A DNA stretch of 64,000 bases from Escherichia phage BB1. The notes under the pieces are model-generated. The model saw only the letters and a program-made list of their open reading frames with translations, had not been told where the DNA came from and did not search any database. The stretch lies in sequence record NC_106597.1. One strand, 5' to 3'. The first letter of the stretch is position 1, and every line of letters begins with the position of its first letter. The position numbers were made by a program, and so were the translations under genes. Shown here in pieces: positions 31,342-41,188 of this stretch.

Positions 31342-31579
31342 TATTGTAATTGCTTTTATTATCGGGATACTCGCTGGAGTTTTCGGGACGACTGCGGCAA
31401 TCAATAAGCATCGGGAATATATTGCGGGAGTGACGCGGGAGATTGCGGAAAGGGAGCGGAAGTTTGACGAGAAACGTGCGGAGTTTGAGCGGAAGTGGTC
31501 GGATGGATCTCGGGCGTCGCGGAAGAGATTCCGTGAGTTCAGACCAGAACACAGGTTTGATGACCCTTCTATGCGCTAA
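31334..31579 (+). CDS. small membrane protein (81 aa)
   Basis: N-terminal TM helix then Arg/Glu-rich tail; start overlaps upstream gene. Confidence 0.4.
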   Translation: MFSIVIAFIIGILAGVFGTTAAINKHREYIAGVTREIAERERKFDEKRAEFERKWSDGSRASRKRFREFRPEHRFDDPSMR

Positions 31580-31744
31580 TTTGGAAATCTCGAAATTTCA
31601 TAAGATTACACATGGAGGTGTGCCCAGTGGGTCGGGGGAGAATACTTAGTCTGCTAACCGCCACCCCCCGTTACTATTAGCAGGGTAATTGTTTCATCCT
31701 GCAACCATTTTAATCGCAGGATGAAATTATTTCAACTTTAATTA

Positions 31745-32479
31745 TTACGCAACTTTTAATTTCTCAATATATTGTTGCGGGCTGCAACTATATTCTGCGC
31801 GTTCTTCCTCGGTCATACCTTCCCAGCATAGTTTTAAACGGTCAGCTAGGAATTGATAATCATTATCATCGTCGAGCGATTCATCAATAAAGGTTTCACC
31901 TATTAATGTTACACCTATTGATAGAATATCATTAACGGCTTGCGCGTCCAGCGTTTTAAATCCGTATGATGCTGCCGCCGATAGCACACCTTTATGATCA
32001 TCAATCATTGTAAAATCAGCGTTCGGATATAACTGTTTAAATAATTCAAAATAATAAGATTTATATACTGCGTCTTTGCTGTGGTATATTTCGCTAACTT
32101 TATCAGCTTTAAAATATTTATGCAGTGTGTCGCGGGAAAATACGCGGATATTGCTATTTCCTCGACCTCGCAAGCCTTGTTTGCGCAAGAAATAATAGTC
32201 CGACTTACTCATCAATCGAGCGGTGCAAATAATGTTTAAAGTATTTGCATCATTCATGCACTGGCGCATATATTCAACCAATGGCAATAAAGTATCTTGC
32301 ATTATTAAATGATGTTTGCAGGCTTCATTTTTATATTTATTTAAATCTAAATTGCCCTCATTATCAAAGCAAGGCGCTACACGATGGAAAGAATTAACGA
32401 TAGTGCCGTCTAAATCCCAAATCATGACGCGGGAAATATGCGGGAAATTACGGAAAGAATTAATAATAGATTTATTCAT
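31745..32479 (-). CDS. dmp: HAD-family 5'-deoxyribonucleotidase (Dmp-like)
   Basis: 244 aa; HAD motif I WDLDGTIV near N-terminus; length matches T5 dmp. Confidence 0.6.
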   Translation of the reverse strand: MNKSIINSFRNFPHISRVMIWDLDGTIVNSFHRVAPCFDNEGNLDLNKYKNEACKHHLIMQDTLLPLVEYMRQCMNDANTLNIICTARLMSKSDYYFLRKQGLRGRGNSNIRVFSRDTLHKYFKADKVSEIYHSKDAVYKSYYFELFKQLYPNADFTMIDDHKGVLSAAASYGFKTLDAQAVNDILSIGVTLIGETFIDESLDDDNDYQFLADRLKLCWEGMTEEERAEYSCSPQQYIEKLKVA

Positions 32480-32558
32480 TTGTTACGTTCTCCATTAAAG
32501 GGATTTAGTTATTTCAGCATTACCCGCTATTTATAAGCGGGTAATAATAAATTAACTA

Positions 32559-32954
32559 TTAAAGACCATAAGCCAACGCATCGGCAATAAAACTAACATC
32601 CTCACCTGATACGCTGGAACGAATACCAGCACAAGTATATACTTTTGCACTGATCAATTGATCATCAAGGCAAGCGGGGCAAGGCGCGACAACTGCAAAG
32701 GCAAGGCCGGATTTTACGGCGTCGATGATAATCGTTTCTTGCTTCACCGTATCAACATAAACACCTTTTGCTTTAATATGACTGGTTAGTTTGCCCTGCG
32801 TATATGCGAATGTTGTAACCTGTAAAGCGTCATTGAAATCTAATAGATCATCAATAACATGCCCCGCCTCGACGTGGTAACGTTCGCCGTTAGAATAAAC
32901 CAGAACAATTGAGGATTGAGCGCGGTCAAATGGGATGCGATTAGATTTAGCCAT
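32559..32954 (-). CDS. hypothetical protein
   Basis: 131-aa ORF in the pre-early block. Confidence 0.4.
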   Translation of the reverse strand: MAKSNRIPFDRAQSSIVLVYSNGERYHVEAGHVIDDLLDFNDALQVTTFAYTQGKLTSHIKAKGVYVDTVKQETIIIDAVKSGLAFAVVAPCPACLDDQLISAKVYTCAGIRSSVSGEDVSFIADALAYGL

Positions 32955-32990
32955 GTTTATAACTCCAGTTATTTTAATAAGGAATTTAAT

Positions 32991-33281
32991 TTATTTGATA
33001 ATAATCTGCATTTGGTACGGCGTTAATTCACCGTTTACGGGTAAATTATTATCACTCAACCATTCATAAAAAGCGTCATCATCATCAAAAGGAACAACAT
33101 CATTATCACGATAATCGACCGTAATAATACCATCAGTATTAGTTTTAGCGGCTAGGATAGGCCCGAAGCTGTAAACTTTATCGGATTCCATTTCATCCGG
33201 TGAAATGAATGCTTTTTCGTCCAATGTTTTGGGTAGTGTAACTTTCATTTTTTGACTCCTGTAATAGCGGCTATATTTCAA
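32991..33281 (-). CDS. hypothetical protein
   Basis: 96-aa acidic ORF. Confidence 0.4.
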   Translation of the reverse strand: MKYSRYYRSQKMKVTLPKTLDEKAFISPDEMESDKVYSFGPILAAKTNTDGIITVDYRDNDVVPFDDDDAFYEWLSDNNLPVNGELTPYQMQIIIK

Positions 33282-33302
33282 GCCGCTAGGGGAATAATTT
33301 AA

Positions 33303-34967
33303 TTATGCGAAGAATTTACCATTCTTAAAGTCGATCAAAGTACGCTGACCGTTTGCATAGGTAATTAAATGCGTTTGCGTCCAGCTTGACGCGCCAACGT
33401 TGTAACCCATATCCAGACTACCAGCTACTCCAGCGGTATAAACGCCACCGTAAATGCTAGCGGTATGGGTGTGTCCCGTGTTTAGCTTGCCCAATTTCTT
33501 AAACTGTTTAGGATTGCCACGACTGCCGTTAATGCCGTTGTGACCGTGTACACCGCACTCAATGCCTGCAATCTTGAAAGATTGGTCAGTGGTTAGGAAA
33601 ATGGCGTTAAACTCACAACCTGCAACCTTGCGCAGCGCATAATCTAGCACGTTAAAAGTATCATCATGATCACTGATCGCCGCGTAAATTGCAGCATTCA
33701 GGCGGTGATATAGTTCGGCGTTGGCTGGATCGTCTTTGATGTTAGCATTACGATCATCTAACCAGCGGGATAGCGCCAAATCGTGATTAGATTCAACAAT
33801 GATTGTTTGAGAGAAATCACGTTCCATTGATTCCAGCACGCGCCCCGTATCGATAAGATCATCCAGAACTTTATCACGTCCAGCGGCATACTGTTTTGCT
33901 AGGAATACACCGGATGCACGGTTATGATGATTGCGCGATGTAAAATCATGCACGTCATGAATAAACTGATATTTAGGTTTAAGAATATCAAGCAAGCTAT
34001 TTTCGCCAGCCCATGACGCAACGGCACAATCATCATCTAATTTTTCGGCGTGAATATCGCCATATTGCAAGCCTAAAACATGCCCCGACGTTTCATAGCA
34101 TCCAGCAGGAGTAGCGCAAACATTCAGATCATAAAACACCCCGCTTTCATCCATCGTTTCAAGCTGGCGAACAAAAAATTCCCCGTCGTCGTCGAACTCA
34201 ACAATAAGCGCACCGAAGTTATGCAGCGCCTCGGCCTTTTGTCCTGCTTTCTGCTGAATGTAGTTTTTGAGCGTTGCCGTTCCGGTTGAATACATACGGC
34301 GCACTACTTCACCTTTTAAAGCTGGCACGCTTTCAGCGGTAATTTTAGCGTGACCAATTGCCAGCCCTTCAATATTTAAAGCCGTTGCAGTTTCTGCAAA
34401 TCCTGAAAGCGGATAGTCTGCGGTAGGCAAAACATTAATTTCAGCCATGAAAGCAAAACGGCGGTTATTTAAAAACACGTTTTTGCTGCAAATATATTTA
34501 TCAAATGCGGGATCGTATTTGATACCGTCTGCACCTTCTCCATTCTGGAAGCCGTTTTTATTATAAATATACTTAGAAACAAGCAAATCAGCACCGATAT
34601 ATTCAGCGAATTTTTCCAGACTTGCTAAAAAGTTTTTATGTGGGAAAGTATTATTCTGAATCGACGTAATAATAAAGCGTTTACCCTGTTTTACTTCCCA
34701 TTGCTCAACCGTACTAGAAACAATCCCCGCCGCTTCTGGGCGCTCATCGTTTTTAATGGCTTTTGCTACTTTTGCCGCTTTCGGTTTAGCTGGTTTATTT
34801 GCTTCCAGCCAGTCGCAGATAGCGGTTGAATGCTTCGTTGTATCGTAGACCGCTTTTGATATATCGTCGCAGACTTCCAGTTTAGTAGCGCGCAGACGTT
34901 TACCATAGAAATTAAAGTCAGCGGCCATTTTCAGGATAACGGTTTGTTTTTCTGCGGAAATAATCAT
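33303..34967 (-). CDS. A1: pre-early protein A1-like (calcineurin-type metallophosphoesterase)
   Basis: 554 aa; metallophosphoesterase motifs GDIHAE, GHNG, GHTH; size close to T5 A1. Confidence 0.6.
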   Translation of the reverse strand: MIISAEKQTVILKMAADFNFYGKRLRATKLEVCDDISKAVYDTTKHSTAICDWLEANKPAKPKAAKVAKAIKNDERPEAAGIVSSTVEQWEVKQGKRFIITSIQNNTFPHKNFLASLEKFAEYIGADLLVSKYIYNKNGFQNGEGADGIKYDPAFDKYICSKNVFLNNRRFAFMAEINVLPTADYPLSGFAETATALNIEGLAIGHAKITAESVPALKGEVVRRMYSTGTATLKNYIQQKAGQKAEALHNFGALIVEFDDDGEFFVRQLETMDESGVFYDLNVCATPAGCYETSGHVLGLQYGDIHAEKLDDDCAVASWAGENSLLDILKPKYQFIHDVHDFTSRNHHNRASGVFLAKQYAAGRDKVLDDLIDTGRVLESMERDFSQTIIVESNHDLALSRWLDDRNANIKDDPANAELYHRLNAAIYAAISDHDDTFNVLDYALRKVAGCEFNAIFLTTDQSFKIAGIECGVHGHNGINGSRGNPKQFKKLGKLNTGHTHTASIYGGVYTAGVAGSLDMGYNVGASSWTQTHLITYANGQRTLIDFKNGKFFA

Positions 34968-35057
34968 AGTAATAAAACTCCATTAAAGGGATTAGATTAA
35001 TAACGGCAATATTGCCAAATATAACGCCTCAAATAATAGGCGTTATAATTTGCAACA

Positions 35058-35255
35058 TTAATTTAAAGGCACTAGGCTAGAACTAACACCACAAGCAACG
35101 GCAGCGATAAAACAAAGCAAGCCCAAACGTTTTGCTAACTTAGATTTACGTTTAAAATAATATGAATCTAAATCATTTTGAAAATAAGCAAATAATAATG
35201 AGGCCGCCATAATAAACAAGCCTAGAATTAATGATTCAGTAGGAAAGAAAATCAT
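35058..35255 (-). CDS. small membrane protein
   Basis: 65 aa, two hydrophobic helices. Confidence 0.3.
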   Translation of the reverse strand: MIFFPTESLILGLFIMAASLLFAYFQNDLDSYYFKRKSKLAKRLGLLCFIAAVACGVSSSLVPLN

Positions 35256-35346
35256 TTTTTAAAACTCCTGATTTAAGGGAAGAAAATAACTATCGCTAAA
35301 CAGTTATATTATTGCCCCCTCACTAAAAGGGGGCAAGGTATAACTA

Positions 35347-35754
35347 TTATTCGCCTGCGGCTTGTTTTACTTCATCGGCAACGCCTAACAGTTGCGCTAC
35401 TGCGTCCAGCGTTTCAAGTTTTGCACTTTCCAGACTTGCCAGATCGTCGGCGTCTTTGATAATGCCGGAATCAATAGCATGTTTAGCGATAACGCGCACA
35501 TAGTGAGCTTTACGCACAGAGCTACCGCCACCAACTTTACGCGGCTTATCGCTTTTTTGATAGGCTTTTGCACTGGTCAATTTTGAGCGAACGGATACAG
35601 GGGAAGCCGCGCCAACTGCTTTTGCAATCTCTTTTAAACCGTCGCTATTTGCGAAATCTAAACCGTTTTCATTAATTAACTGCTGATACATGGAAACAGC
35701 TTTCTGAGTGTTTTCTTCATTCCATGCGAATTTTGCGGTTTTAACGTTAGTCAT
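35347..35754 (-). CDS. pre-early DNA-binding protein, possibly A2-like
   Basis: 135 aa, basic central region; position downstream of the repeat region and upstream of the A1-like gene. Confidence 0.35.
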   Translation of the reverse strand: MTNVKTAKFAWNEENTQKAVSMYQQLINENGLDFANSDGLKEIAKAVGAASPVSVRSKLTSAKAYQKSDKPRKVGGGSSVRKAHYVRVIAKHAIDSGIIKDADDLASLESAKLETLDAVAQLLGVADEVKQAAGE

Positions 35755-35852
35755 GATATAAACTCCTATTAGTTTAATTTAAGGGATTAGATTAACTTAA
35801 TGTTAATCGTTATATCCCCCTGAAATAAGGGGGATATAAAGTTAACACTAAA

Positions 35853-36104
35853 TTACAGAACAGCTTCCCATTTTTCGTTACGTTGAACAACCTTTACAAC
35901 GTCGCCGGATTTAACGCGAACGTTAAAAACAGGTTTGCCGTTGTTACTACGTTCATTTTCAACATATACCGCGTCGATTGTATCAAACGGCATAAGCGCC
36001 GCGCCTTTAATACGTTCGGCCTTTCCGGTTAATTCATCCGTTTTAGTAACGAAAGGAATAAAAACGGATTGACCAATTTTTGGCGCGGTAATAACGTTTT
36101 GCAT
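35853..36104 (-). CDS. hypothetical protein
   Basis: 83-aa ORF. Confidence 0.4.
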   Translation of the reverse strand: MQNVITAPKIGQSVFIPFVTKTDELTGKAERIKGAALMPFDTIDAVYVENERSNNGKPVFNVRVKSGDVVKVVQRNEKWEAVL

Positions 36105-36332
36105 AATATAAACTCCGAGTTATTTGGTGGATTGTTCCGCATTACCTGCTAGAAAGTAGCAGGTAATAAGTAACAATCCGCTCGCCAGTATAATCGATTT
36201 AAAGAACTCCACGTAGGCCGCTATATCCCAGTTAGGGGGCGGGATGCATTATGGTAAGCACCGACCGTCAAATTTTATCAAGTTATCGCTCTTATCGAAC
36301 TGGGTACATCTTAAAACCTATCGGCTAGGTTG

Positions 36333-36536
36333 TCAAGCGGTTTTTTGCAGTTTTTTATGATTTTCTTTCAAGTCAATCATAATATTTCGCCAGATCATTT
36401 CTAAACCTTGCTGGCGACCTTTCTTGTACTGCGTGAATCTATATTTTACTGATCTTTGTGCTACTGTCAACAAGTTTTTTGTTTTGCTATCTAGTGCCTT
36501 AATAGGCTTGCCAGTGATCAAAAGCGTTTGTTTCAT
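36333..36536 (-). CDS. hypothetical basic protein
   Basis: 67 aa, Lys-rich; first ORF downstream of the DnaA-box region. Confidence 0.25.
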   Translation of the reverse strand: MKQTLLITGKPIKALDSKTKNLLTVAQRSVKYRFTQYKKGRQQGLEMIWRNIMIDLKENHKKLQKTA

Positions 36537-36945
36537 ATCGTCGATTCCTTATAATGAATAAGTTTACCGCCGATAGGCTTTAAGATGTACCCAATTTTTA
36601 AAGAGCGTGGCGGTAAACTTCCCGCCGTGTAGTTCGTCATTGCCGCCCTACGAAATAAATAATAGGGGATTCCCGAAAATGGCGCAACCTTATTTTTGTA
36701 AAGAAACGTAAAGACACGATCCACCGGACGGCGTGCGGCGACGGCCTAAAATTAAAAGAAACGGGCGCGCGAATACCACAAAACATAGCAAATAGGCAAG
36801 TAATTTTTTCATTTATATTTACTTTGCCCTACTTGACAAAACCTAAAAAGCTCGTGACAGCGATAAACGGCTTATCCCTTTATGATGAGATGGCTAAAAA
36901 CTTCATCGCGTTCTAGGGCGTTTTAGGCGCATTCTAGCCTTGTTG

Positions 36946-37020
36946 ATAACTTATCCCCAGAAGCAAAAATGAAATTTTCCTAGTTATCCACTTGACTTTT
37001 ATTTTCCAGTGGATAACTAC
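36946..37020. repeat. DnaA-box-like sites with a 12-bp inverted repeat
   Basis: TTATCCCCA (36951-36959); TAGTTATCCACT (36981-36992) and its reverse complement AGTGGATAACTA (37008-37019) around a TTGACTTTTATTTTCC spacer. Confidence 0.6.
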
Positions 37021-37139
37021 TTATTTTATAAAATAAATTAATTGACTTTTATCTGTTAGTATGCATCGGAAAGATAGCAGACTAATAATTGCTAGGATGA
37101 TAATCATGCTGGTGGATTGTAACGGCTTAAATTATTAGC

Positions 37140-37262
37140 AGACTATTAATCACGGAAAATCTCATTAGCCAACTAACTATTTCATGATATATAATATACT
37201 TATAAATTAATGAGAAATAATAATTATAATAAATAATAACTACAGTAAATAATAACTATAAG
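37140..37262. repeat. AT-rich tract with reiterated AATAATAACTA-type units
   Basis: About 120 bp of low-complexity A+T sequence between the DnaA-box groups. Confidence 0.5.
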
Positions 37263-37311
37263 AAACTATCGGCCTAAGTGAGAACCACTATCATTTAAGT
37301 TATTCACAACG

Positions 37312-37408
37312 TTATCCACAGCACAAAATAATTTGACACGATAGGCGGCGATATAAGGACTTTTGCACAGACTTATCCACAGGTTATTCCACTGTATAAA
37401 TATACAAG
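37312..37408. promoter_or_regulatory. two consensus DnaA boxes plus palindrome (left arm of a large imperfect inverted repeat)
   Basis: TTATCCACA at 37312-37320 and 37373-37381, followed by CTGTATAAATATACA. Confidence 0.6.
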
Positions 37409-37674
37409 GTAAAAAGGTAGTGTTAACAACTGCAATCAATTTTGAGCGGCCTAAATCGCATTCTAACGAGCTAAACGCTGCGGAGTAATATTAAAGTAAA
37501 GCCTTAATGCGGCGGCCTGGTGGCTTCACCGTGTTTTGCTCTTTATTACACCGCTGCGCGGTTAGCATAAAATTAGACGCTAGGCAAGGAAAATAAAAAG
37601 GTAAAATAATATTTGCCTATGCTAGAAAATTACCTTTATCATTCACTCACCGATTAACGAGGGAGGCCGAACAA

Positions 37675-38670
37675 ATGAGGCTGTATAAACCAGATAACGC
37701 AACCGTCTTAAAAGGTGCATTGCGCAACCTGCTGGAGGGTAGCAAGTCAACCAGCATTAAACATTTTATTAACAAGGCTGAAACTATTCATCAAAACTTT
37801 TTTGATGATTATGACGGTTATGATATAGATAGTTTTCTACCACTATATAAGCAAGGGGCAACGCTTGTTTTATATAACCGTGATTGCCATATCTTTACAG
37901 GCAGGGGAGCGGGGCCGGATGCCGATTTTATTATTGCGCAGGGCAATAATATTGTTGCGTATCATAGCAATTCAGGCCGTCAATCATTTAATATAAATGG
38001 TTTTGAGCTTATTGGACTTGATCTGATAAATGGACTTTCTAGTATTGAGGGATTTTTAAATGTTATCTGGAAGTATTTACCCGCTGGATGGCATAAGCCG
38101 GATAATGACGGATCTCAATATACCGCTATAATGGCTTTTGATGGCGACGGTAATTTTTTGTTACCACGGGAGCTATACCCGTATATTTATGATGGGGATA
38201 TTGAAAGCGCTGGTTTTTCTTTCTGGAAAGATGAAGATCAGATTATTGACAGTATAGAAAACCATGCTGTAAATTCTAACACTCAAACTACTGAAAACAA
38301 AGGAAAAAATACCATGACTAAGATTGCTAACATCGTTGCCGCTAATAAATCCGCTGTTGTAAATGCTGCAAAACTGGAGGCGGGTAAAATTGCATTAACT
38401 CAAATCACGAAAGTAGCGGCTAAAAAAGCGCCGTTTATGATTAAAGGTTATATTGATACGCCGATTGGTCGTGTAGTGATCGCTAACCTGCTAAGTGTAG
38501 CGGTTGACCAGTACGCACCGAGTAACCAAAAGGCGAAAGCGGTAGCAGGTGCAGCTATGGAGGCGGCAATGTTGGAAATGGTGCAAAGTTTTAACATCGC
38601 TGAAATGATTGATGAAATGGTAAAAGGTATTGATATTTCTACTTTTACCACTAGCACCGAAAGCGAGTAA
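37675..38670 (+). CDS. hypothetical protein (331 aa)
   Basis: SD GAGGGAGG upstream; first gene of the plus-strand island. Confidence 0.5.
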   Translation: MRLYKPDNATVLKGALRNLLEGSKSTSIKHFINKAETIHQNFFDDYDGYDIDSFLPLYKQGATLVLYNRDCHIFTGRGAGPDADFIIAQGNNIVAYHSNSGRQSFNINGFELIGLDLINGLSSIEGFLNVIWKYLPAGWHKPDNDGSQYTAIMAFDGDGNFLLPRELYPYIYDGDIESAGFSFWKDEDQIIDSIENHAVNSNTQTTENKGKNTMTKIANIVAANKSAVVNAAKLEAGKIALTQITKVAAKKAPFMIKGYIDTPIGRVVIANLLSVAVDQYAPSNQKAKAVAGAAMEAAMLEMVQSFNIAEMIDEMVKGIDISTFTTSTESE

Positions 38671-38735
38671 TAATAACTAGCGGGGATTATTTCCCCGCTT
38701 TACTATTCCCTTGTTAACTAATAGGAGGCTAATAA

Positions 38736-39230
38736 ATGGCTGAGGAAAAATACGGCTTCTCGCTAGGGGAAGTGAGCACGGCTAAACACGATATGATCAT
38801 TTTAGTCGATTGTCATACAGGTTATTGCGGAGAAGGTTGGACGGAGGAACATTTTGTTCCTGCTGGTACGGATCTGGACGCTTTCGCTCATGAAATGGCT
38901 GTTGATAATGCTTCTCGTTTTGGTAGCGATGGCTATGAAGACGAAGAAACTGGCGAATGGTATGAAAATGAAAACGTATATGCAAGCCTTTATCATTATC
39001 AATTAAGTAAATCCGGCACATATGTAAACGGCGGCGATCCTATTAATTCCGTCATGAAATTAATTATTAAACATGGTGGCGTCGAGATAATTGATAACAA
39101 AGCGGTAATATATGCAAACCGATTAAAACAGCTTATTTATATTCCTGATAGTACCCGATGGGAGGAATATGCTGTTTTGCATGACGAATTAAAACGATGT
39201 TTCAATATTGAAGCCTTACAAGTAGTCTAA
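38736..39230 (+). CDS. hypothetical acidic protein (164 aa)
   Basis: SD TAGGAGG upstream. Confidence 0.5.
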   Translation: MAEEKYGFSLGEVSTAKHDMIILVDCHTGYCGEGWTEEHFVPAGTDLDAFAHEMAVDNASRFGSDGYEDEETGEWYENENVYASLYHYQLSKSGTYVNGGDPINSVMKLIIKHGGVEIIDNKAVIYANRLKQLIYIPDSTRWEEYAVLHDELKRCFNIEALQVV

Positions 39231-39335
39231 TGTAAAGTTTTGTAAAGGTCGCCTTTTATGGTGGCCTTTTTTGTTATAATGCCTTTACACCAAAACGGTG
39301 GATTGAAAATTTTCCCAAAAATTTGGAGGCTTAAA

Positions 39336-39566
39336 ATGGTTGCTTATTCTTCTGCTAGTCATCTGTTTACCGCGCAAGGCTGGGTATCTAATCGTGCTGT
39401 CATCTATGAAATGGTGCAGGAGTTCGGCATTGCTAAAACCTATAATACCATTCAGGAACTATATAACGCCGATAAAATCGATCAGCAAACGGCTGGCTTT
39501 TTGCTGGATACCCTGAAAGCTGAACATTGCACTAAAAAACAAGCCGCTAAAATTGTTTTAATGTAA
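39336..39566 (+). CDS. hypothetical protein (76 aa)
   Basis: ORF 39258..39566; likely start at 39336 preceded by TGGAGG. Confidence 0.4.
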   Translation: MVAYSSASHLFTAQGWVSNRAVIYEMVQEFGIAKTYNTIQELYNADKIDQQTAGFLLDTLKAEHCTKKQAAKIVLM

Positions 39567-39615
39567 TTAATAACGGGGCGATACTTTCGCCCCGATAACT
39601 AGGAGGCTATCACAA

Positions 39616-39765
39616 ATGGTTATTTTTCGATCTATTTTAGCGGGTATCTTGGGCGCTATTTTATCGTTATTTGCGATAGCTTTCGGCGTTCACGCTGTTA
39701 TTATTGGCGCTGGCATTGCCGTATTTTCTTATCTGTTAGGCTGCATGACTAGTAAAGGAGAATAA
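39616..39765 (+). CDS. small membrane protein (49 aa)
   Basis: Below ORF-track threshold; SD AGGAGG 7 nt upstream; one long hydrophobic helix. Confidence 0.35.
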   Translation: MVIFRSILAGILGAILSLFAIAFGVHAVIIGAGIAVFSYLLGCMTSKGE

Positions 39766-39767
39766 AA

Positions 39768-39980
39768 ATGATTCGTAACGTTTCCCTTGCACGTTCGAAA
39801 GGCTTTAAGCTGGTGGATGTAAACACGTTTGAGCGGGAAGATTGTAAAATCGAATATGTAGCACGTAACAAAAATGCCTTTCGTGTTACCGAGAAAAAAT
39901 TCGACAAGCGCGGCAACGTGATAGCTGAAACAGTTAAACATTTTGCCACCTTTTATGCTGCCTTTCGTGGGGTGTTATAA
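39768..39980 (+). CDS. hypothetical protein (70 aa)
   Basis: Starts 2 nt after the previous stop. Confidence 0.4.
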   Translation: MIRNVSLARSKGFKLVDVNTFEREDCKIEYVARNKNAFRVTEKKFDKRGNVIAETVKHFATFYAAFRGVL

Positions 39981-39981
39981 A

Positions 39982-40326
39982 ATGGTTATTTATGAAGGCA
40001 ATCGCTTTGTTGCTAATTGCCGTCCGGCATTATTAGCAAACTATTTAAATCAGCTTTCCCCAGCCTATAAGGGCGTTATTAATATTTATGAGGGCAAGGC
40101 GCATTATAAAATTAATGCGGTCGTTGCCCGTGAACTAGCGTTTCAATTTTTGACTTTTGCATCTTGTGACGTTCAGGTTATGGGGGAAGCATTAATTGCA
40201 GAAAATGAAGAGGATTTTATTAATATTTTCCGTAAGGTATGCACTGAGCGCTTGATAATGAAAGGCGCGTATATTCAATCAACTGCGGAAAGTATTGAAA
40301 CAGCATTTCGAAAGGTGGCGCAATGA
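39982..40326 (+). CDS. hypothetical protein (114 aa)
   Basis: ORF 39943..40326; likely ATG at 39982 adjacent to the previous stop. Confidence 0.4.
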   Translation: MVIYEGNRFVANCRPALLANYLNQLSPAYKGVINIYEGKAHYKINAVVARELAFQFLTFASCDVQVMGEALIAENEEDFINIFRKVCTERLIMKGAYIQSTAESIETAFRKVAQ

Positions 40327-40392
40327 AATTATATATTTTCGTTGGTAATAGTAAGGCCGCTATTGGCAAAAATATATTTACTAGTGGTTATT

Positions 40393-40587
40393 ATGAGCAA
40401 TAAAATTATTGTTACCAAAACCAGTACAATGGTTGATGTTTTTTACGTTCCCGATACGCCGGAAAACCGACAAGCGGTCGAGCGTGGCGAGTATGATAAA
40501 GTGATTTATGATCACGATGGTTATTATCAACATTTGGTGGATTCCTACGGGGAGGAGGAAAAAATCACGCACCGACTACCAGACTAA
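40393..40587 (+). CDS. hypothetical protein (64 aa)
   Basis: ORF 40342..40587; internal ATG at 40393 more plausible. Confidence 0.35.
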   Translation: MSNKIIVTKTSTMVDVFYVPDTPENRQAVERGEYDKVIYDHDGYYQHLVDSYGEEEKITHRLPD

Positions 40588-40844
40588 TAATCACAGGGCA
40601 CAACTACTAGGAAGTGCCCCCCAATTCTCAAATGAGAATGATTCTCATTTGACCGCGCCCGAGATGGTTAGCCTGCTAATGGTTAGGGTGTTACGTGTCG
40701 CCTTGTGTGATCGTTAGCGAGCTAACCAATTTTTAAGCCTCCTCCAATTTTGCCATTGTTTTAGTATCCCCGCCAAAATTAAACGCGTTAGAATGCGATC
40801 TAGGACGTTTTAACGCTATATTAGAACTATTCACTGCGCAGGAA

Positions 40845-40956
40845 TACTGTATAAATATACAGTAGGATAAGCTGTGGATAAGTCTGTTAATAACGCCTCA
40901 AAATGGCTAGGATTCTGTCAAGTCAAATCGTGCTGTTAATAAGTCTGTGGATAACT
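40845..40956. promoter_or_regulatory. two consensus DnaA boxes (reverse orientation) plus 16-bp palindrome (right arm of the inverted repeat)
   Basis: CTGTATAAATATACAG at 40847-40862; TGTGGATAA at 40873-40881 and 40946-40954. Confidence 0.6.
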
Positions 40957-40974
40957 TAAATAACAGTGTTTCTC

Positions 40975-41160
40975 ACTTCCATTCTTAAATGCAAATTATT
41001 ATCATTTGTATTTCACTATCTAACTAATAATCATTTCACTTTTTAAATGAGAATCGTTTCACTTCCTGAATAATTTTCATTTCACTTTTTAAATGCGAAT
41101 GATTCTCATTATCATTCCGCTTTTTAAATGCGAATTATTATCATTATCATTCGCATTCAG
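40975..41160. repeat. AT-rich tandem repeats
   Basis: Three copies of TTTCACTTTTTAAATG(A/C)GAAT-like units and ATTATCATT reiterations. Confidence 0.6.
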
Positions 41161-41182
41161 GCTAGCAGGGCAATTGCCCTGC
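41161..41182. repeat. perfect palindrome CAGGGCAATTGCCCTG
   Basis: 16-bp palindrome centred on AATT, immediately before the direct-repeat array. Confidence 0.5.
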
Positions 41183-41188
41183 GCTTTT

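Noticed and set aside
31700-36700. Temperate-phage features (integrase, repressor, attachment site) in the block adjoining the repeats
   Set aside because: No recombinase or repressor-like ORFs; gene content (dmp-like, A1-like, A2-like) matches the pre-early region of virulent T5-like phages.
39570-39598. Hairpin GGGGCGA-tacttt-TCGCCCC as a plus-strand terminator
   Set aside because: No downstream U-tract and the next gene starts 18 nt later with its own SD; more likely an RNA stability or processing hairpin, so not annotated.
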